From NCBI GenBank assembly GCA_964016885.1, contig OZ024762.1:14136001-14200000 (forward strand): DNA of 64,000 nucleotides, given 5' to 3'. The position numbers and the translations under genes were made by a program. Within the stretch, counting starts at the first letter, position 1. Each line of letters begins with the position of its first letter. This document shows, one piece after another, positions 58,672 through 64,000 of this stretch. Below the pieces are notes generated by a model that saw only the letters and a program-made list of their open reading frames with translations, was not told the DNA's origin and searched no databases. Origin of the DNA: Eledone cirrhosa (Eukaryota).

Positions 58672-60333
58672 TAGGTTCACCCAGGTGAGCACTCGATGTT
58701 TAGGTTCACCCTGGTGAGCAGTCGATGTTTAGGTTCACCCAGGTGAGCACTCAGTGTTTAGGTTCACCCAGGTGAGCACTCGATGTTTAGGTTCACCCAG
58801 GTGAGCACTCAGTGTTTAAGTTCACCCAGGTGAGCACTCGATGTTTAGGTTCACCCAGGTGAGCACTCAGTGTTTAGGTTCACCCAGGTGAGCACTCGAT
58901 GTTTAGGTTCACCCAGGTGAGCACTCAGTGTTTAAGTTCACCCAGGTGAGCACTCGATGTTTAGGTACACCCAGGTGAGCACTCAGTGTTTAGGTTCACC
59001 CAGGTGAGCACTCGATGTTTAGGTTCACCCAGGTGAGCACTCAGTGTTTAGGTTCACCCAGGTGAGCACTCGATGTTTAGGTTCACCCAGGTGAGCACTC
59101 GATGTTTAGGTTCACCCAGGTGAGCACTCGATGTTTAGGTTCACCCAGGTGAGCACTCAGTGTTTATGTTCACCCAGGTGAGCACTCGATGTTTAGGTTC
59201 ACCCAGGTGAGCACTCGATGTTTAGGTTCACCCAGGTGAGCACTCAGTGTTTAAGTTCACCCAGGTGAGCACTCGGTGTTTAGGTTCACCCAGGTGAGCA
59301 CTCAGTGTTTAGGTTCACCCAGGTGAGCACTCGATGTTTAGGTTCACCCAGGTGAGCACTCAGTGTTTAGGTTCACCCAGGTGAGCACTCGATGTTTAGG
59401 TTCACCCAGGTGAGCACTCGATGTTTAGGTTCACCCAGGTGAGCACTCGATGTTTAGGTTCACCCAGGTGAGCACTCAGTGTTTAGGTTCACCCAGGTGA
59501 GCACTCGATGTTTAGGTTCACCCAGGTGAGCACTCGATGTTTAGGTTCACCCAGGTGAGCACTCAGTGTTTAGGTACACCCAGGTGAGCACTCAGTGTTT
59601 AGGTTCACCCAGGTGAGCACTCAGTGTTTAGGTACACCCAGGTGAGCACTCAGTGTTTAGGTTCACCCAGGTGAGCACTCGATGTTTAGGTTCACCCAGG
59701 TGAGCACTCAGTGTTTAGGTACACCCAGGTGAGCACTCGATGTTTAGGTACACCCAGGTGAGCACTCAGTGTTTAGGTTCACCCAGGTGAGCACTCGATG
59801 TTTAGGTACACCCAGGTGAGCACTCAGTGTTTAGGTTCACCCAGGTGAGCACTCAGTGTTTAGGTACACCCATGTGAGCACTCGGTGTTTAGGTTCACCC
59901 AGGTGAGCACTCGATGTTTAGGTACACCCAGGTGAGCACTCGGTGTTTAGGTTCACCCAGGTGAGCACTCGATGTTTAGGTACACCCAGGTGAGCACTCA
60001 GTGTTTAGGTTCACCCAGGTGAGCACTCGATGTTTAGGTTCACCCAGGTGAGCACTCGATGTTTAGGTTCACCCAGGTGAGCACTCGGTGTTTAGGTTCA
60101 CCCAGGTGAGCACTCGATGTTTAGGTTCACCCAGGTGAGCACTCGGTGTTTAGGTTCACCCAGGTGAGCACTCGATGTTTAGGTTCACCCAGGTGAGCAC
60201 TCGGTGTTTAGGTTCACCCAGGTGAGCACTCGATGTTTAGGTTCACCCAGGTGAGCACTCGGTGTTTAGGTTCACCCAGGTGAGCACTCGATGTTTAGGT
60301 TCACCCAGGTGAGCACTCGATGTTTAAGTTCAC
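58672..60333. repeat. Minisatellite, 29-bp unit taggttcacccaggtgagcactc(ga/ag/gg)tgtt, 57 copies plus a partial
   Basis: Exact 29-bp phase from 58672 to 60325; internal hairpin tcacc-ca-ggtga; no spacers. Confidence 0.97.
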
Positions 60334-60380
60334 GCCAGTATCGAGGTGTAGAGCTAGACAACAGAGTGTAATATAATATT

Positions 60381-60400
60381 CGTCGGGGTCATACTTGTTC

Positions 60401-60443
<43 letters not shown>

Positions 60444-60589
60444 AACAAGTATGACCCCGACGGCAGAGCTTAAGCCGTTTCGACGGCTATTTCTGGGCCA
60501 GAAATAGCCATCGGGGTCATACTTGTTCCTATTACCCACTCAACTACCCTAACTATTGAGTACTTTGGTGCGTTACCACAATTCCTTCG

Positions 60590-60592
<3 letters not shown>
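60381..60592 (+). mobile_element. Family A element, doubly folded back
   Basis: Inverted about (TA)n (60381-60462) and about ctgg-g-ccag (~60496); A tail to 60592. Confidence 0.75.
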
Positions 60593-60620
<28 letters not shown>

Positions 60621-60625
<5 letters not shown>

Positions 60626-60770
60626 GTAGAACACTGGAAGGTAATATGCGTAGTGGTAGAGCACTCAGTCCATGGGACGAGTTAGGTAGAAGTGGTTACA
60701 CAACAGTTAGTTCACCATACCGAGAACAAATGTTTCACCTCAGCGGATCCTCAGCTCGTAATGGACAACC

Positions 60771-60772
<2 letters not shown>
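60621..60772 (-). mobile_element. Family G element with HHR (60721-60758)
   Basis: Minus strand: cgag CTGAGGA tcc-gctga-ggt GAAA c-attt-g TT ctcg; tail matches 15777-15844. Confidence 0.8.
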
Positions 60773-60812
<40 letters not shown>

Positions 60813-60839
60813 ATATAGGTATATATATATATATATACA

Positions 60840-60887
<48 letters not shown>

Positions 60888-61334
60888 TATATATATATAT
60901 AAACTTATTTATATTTACTTTTATACACATACGCACACACACGTAAACTTAAGGATATTTATTTATATATGTATATAAACTTCTCTATATTTATATATCT
61001 ACATATAAGTGTGTGTGTGCATGTGTGTGTGTGTGCATGTGTTTCTGTTTAAGCACGCATATATACACACACACACACACACAGATTCCAGTTGAACGAT
61101 TCTGCCAGTTCGCTGCCATCTGTACTTATATTAATAATTAGTTTAAATGGATTATTTTGCCACTGTCTACAGCCATACTTGTTAATGTAGTGTATTCTTA
61201 GCGCTTCTTTCTGGCGCTTAAAGGAACATAAATAGGATCTTTTGCCAAACTTTAGCTACTTATGTTCAAAATAATAGCCTACATCTTGCAACATGCCTTT
61301 GTACCTTGAAATATATATATATATATATATATAC

Positions 61335-61580
61335 GTTATTCCGGGTTGAATCGGAGGTAACCACAGTAAGTAAGGTACTCAATACATTGCAGAGTATAAA
61401 AGTTTTAATATAGATGAGATTCTACAGGACTAGAAAATGACCTACACCCATCGCACTCCCCACCCTCTCCTACCACTTGTAGAGACCTATAAATACCATA
61501 TTTATTTTTTGATACCCAGATTCCCGATGATTTCTAATGAAACAGTTCTAGTCCTGTAGAATCTCATCTATATTAAAACT
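61335..61580. mobile_element. Family B inverted pair: 3' tail on - (61335-61435), upstream region plus mutated HHR on + (61436-61580)
   Basis: Near-identical to 5429-5530 and to the reverse complement of 51423-51560; core reads CCGATGA. Confidence 0.8.
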
Positions 61581-61671
61581 TATATATATATATATATATA
61601 TAAATTTTGCTCTGGTACTTACATAGAGCACTCTTCATTCCTATGACTTTTTCAATTTTCAACGGAAACTT

Positions 61672-61724
<53 letters not shown>

Positions 61725-61727
<3 letters not shown>

Positions 61728-61858
61728 CAGCTTCCTCTTTCTCCGATCGTGGCCTTTTACTGATGAAGGACTAATATCTGAAACGTTGAAACATTCTTGT
61801 TCCTTTTACTACAAGCGTGAAACTAATAACTGTATCTCTGTATTGTATTCGTCTCCTT
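61725..61858 (+). mobile_element. Family C element
   Basis: CTGATGA (61760-61766) aggactaatatct GAAACGTT; tail caagcgtgaaactaata. Confidence 0.55.
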
Positions 61859-61882
61859 TATATATATATATATATATATATA

Positions 61883-61984
<102 letters not shown>

Positions 61985-62003
61985 ATATATATATATATAT
62001 ATA

Positions 62004-62067
<64 letters not shown>

Positions 62068-62094
62068 ATATATATATATATATATATATATATA

Positions 62095-62139
<45 letters not shown>

Positions 62140-62210
62140 ATATATATATATATATATATATATACCATATATATATATATATATATATATATACCATATA
62201 TATATATATA

Positions 62211-62247
<37 letters not shown>

Positions 62248-62356
62248 ATATATATATATATATATATATACCATATATATATATATATATACCATATATA
62301 TATATATATATATATACCATATATATATATATATATATACCATATATATATATATA

Positions 62357-62389
<33 letters not shown>

Positions 62390-62564
62390 ATATATATATA
62401 TATATATATATATACCATATATATATATATATATACCATATATATATATATATATACCATATATATATATATATATATATACCATATATATATATATATA
62501 TATATACCATATATATACCATATATATATACCATATATATACCATATATATATATATATATACC

Positions 62565-62595
<31 letters not shown>

Positions 62596-62626
62596 TACAC
62601 CATATATATATACCATATATAGTGAA

Positions 62627-62731
62627 GGCATGTGGCAGAGTGGTTAGAGAATTGGATTCGCAATCGTAAGGTTGTGAGTTCGATTCCTGGACCAGGCGAT
62701 ACGTTATGTCCTTGAGCAAGACACTTTACTT
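62627..62731 (+). mobile_element. S1 SINE head
   Basis: Near-identical to 20044-20148. Confidence 0.8.
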
Positions 62732-62743
62732 TATATATATATA

Positions 62744-62782
<39 letters not shown>

Positions 62783-62785
<3 letters not shown>

Positions 62786-62943
62786 AATGAGTTATTTGTT
62801 TTGTTTATTATTCAACAAAGTTAATTTATAACAGATTAGAAGCACTCAACAACATTTTTCTGGAGTTTCATTAATATCAATAATATTAATAAATGGAAAA
62901 TATGGTTTTATAAAGATATTTTCCATTTATTAATATTATTGAT

Positions 62944-62947
<4 letters not shown>
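62783..62947 (-). mobile_element. Family D tail with fold-back
   Basis: aatatcaataatattaataaatggaaaata / tattttccatttattaatattattgatatt inverted arms. Confidence 0.6.
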
Positions 62948-62992
<45 letters not shown>

Positions 62993-63031
62993 GTATATAT
63001 ATATGTATATATATATGTGTGTGTGGAGAGA

Positions 63032-63310
63032 GGCACGTGGCCTAGTGGTAAGGGCGTTGGACTTACGATCATAATGTTGTGGGGTCGATTCCTGGGCTGG
63101 GCTGTGTGTTGTGTTCTTGAGCAAAACACTTCATGTCATGTAGCTCCAATATACTCAGCTGAAAATGAGTGCCAGTAATAGCTGGGGAGTTTAACCCTGT
63201 GATGGACTGGCATCCTGTCCAGGGGGAAGTCTTGTATTCTAAGTCACTTCACGCCATGAAACCGGGATAAGCGCCGGCCAAATGAGCCTTCTGGTTTAAG
63301 AGACTTTAGA
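63032..63310 (+). mobile_element. Full-length tRNA-derived SINE with a different central domain
   Basis: A/B boxes; S1-like first half; aaccctgtgatggactggcatcctgtccagggg...gaaaccggga domain resembles V/Meta-SINE cores (assignment uncertain). Confidence 0.75.
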
Positions 63311-63325
63311 CACACACACACACAC

Positions 63326-63431
<106 letters not shown>

Positions 63432-63514
63432 TAAAAAAACAACAACACAGGAGTACAAGTTTACGAAAGGTATATATCTATATATATATATAGGAAAATC
63501 TGCTTCGTAGAATT

Positions 63515-64000
63515 CTAAAGTGATACTTAAAGAAAGGAATCAATTGTTGTCCGGAGAAAAAGGCATCTGTGCTCAGTCCTCTCAACCTCGTCCACCATAT
63601 AACTTCTTTCACCATAGCCACCGTACAGAGGAAAACCGCCTCTCTTTCGTTTTTGAAAGAGGCTGGCGGTTTGATCTTTACTATGGGCTCGGCAGTCAAC
63701 TGGATTTGTCCCATACGCGACAGCAGTTGTTCTGCATAGTTCCACAGGTCGCTTACGCCCGGGCAGTGTACAATTGCGTGCAGGACTGTTTCAATATCCT
63801 GCGCGCATCTTGGACACGTCCTCTTGGAAGGATCCCTGCCGGGCCGTCGGTGCCTGTAGATCTTGTCACAAACCGGTAGAGCTCCTCGGTAGCACTGCCA
63901 GGCCAGGGACCTCTGGAAGTTGTTCATAGGTCCCGGGCGGAAAATCCTACCAAACAGGCTGGTGAGCTCATCGTCTTCGACGCCCAGAGTCTCTCCGAGC
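63515..64000 (-). mobile_element. L1/Tx1-clade retrotransposon ORF2 C-terminal zinc-knuckle region; runs off the window
   Basis: RSLAWQCYRGALPV...CPRCAQDIETVLHAIVHCP...LW is a zf-RVT-type CX2CX8HX4C motif. Confidence 0.85.

Noticed and set aside
58672-60333. CRISPR-like array (29-bp repeat with internal hairpin)
   Set aside because: Units are contiguous with no unique spacers, there are no cas genes, and the context is eukaryotic.

Overview
Non-genic, extremely microsatellite-rich eukaryotic DNA with one 200-N scaffold gap (50659-50858). The SINE families and repeat landscape suggest a coleoid cephalopod (octopus-like); this is an inference. No intact host gene is supported, and almost all ORFs in the track are translated (TA)n, (CA)n or triplet tracts. 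Recognisable content: two tRNA-derived SINE families; RTE, CR1/L2-type and Tx1/L1 LINE fragments; a deleted mariner; the C-terminus of a Penelope-like element (PLE) GIY-YIG endonuclease; and four tandem arrays. The dominant hidden feature is about 20 hammerhead-ribozyme (HHR) motifs in at least 8 unrelated short pLTR/retrozyme-like families. Most sit next to (TA)n and many are folded back into palindromes. One family (42795-42898 and 57582-57691, with decayed copies at 29605 and 58196) has all HHR core segments in a non-circularly permuted, pseudoknotted order, with compensatory changes between copies. Two minisatellites appear to have grown out of the 3' tails of these elements. All structures were folded by eye, no catalytic activity has been shown, and the family letters A-H and S1/S2 are my own labels.
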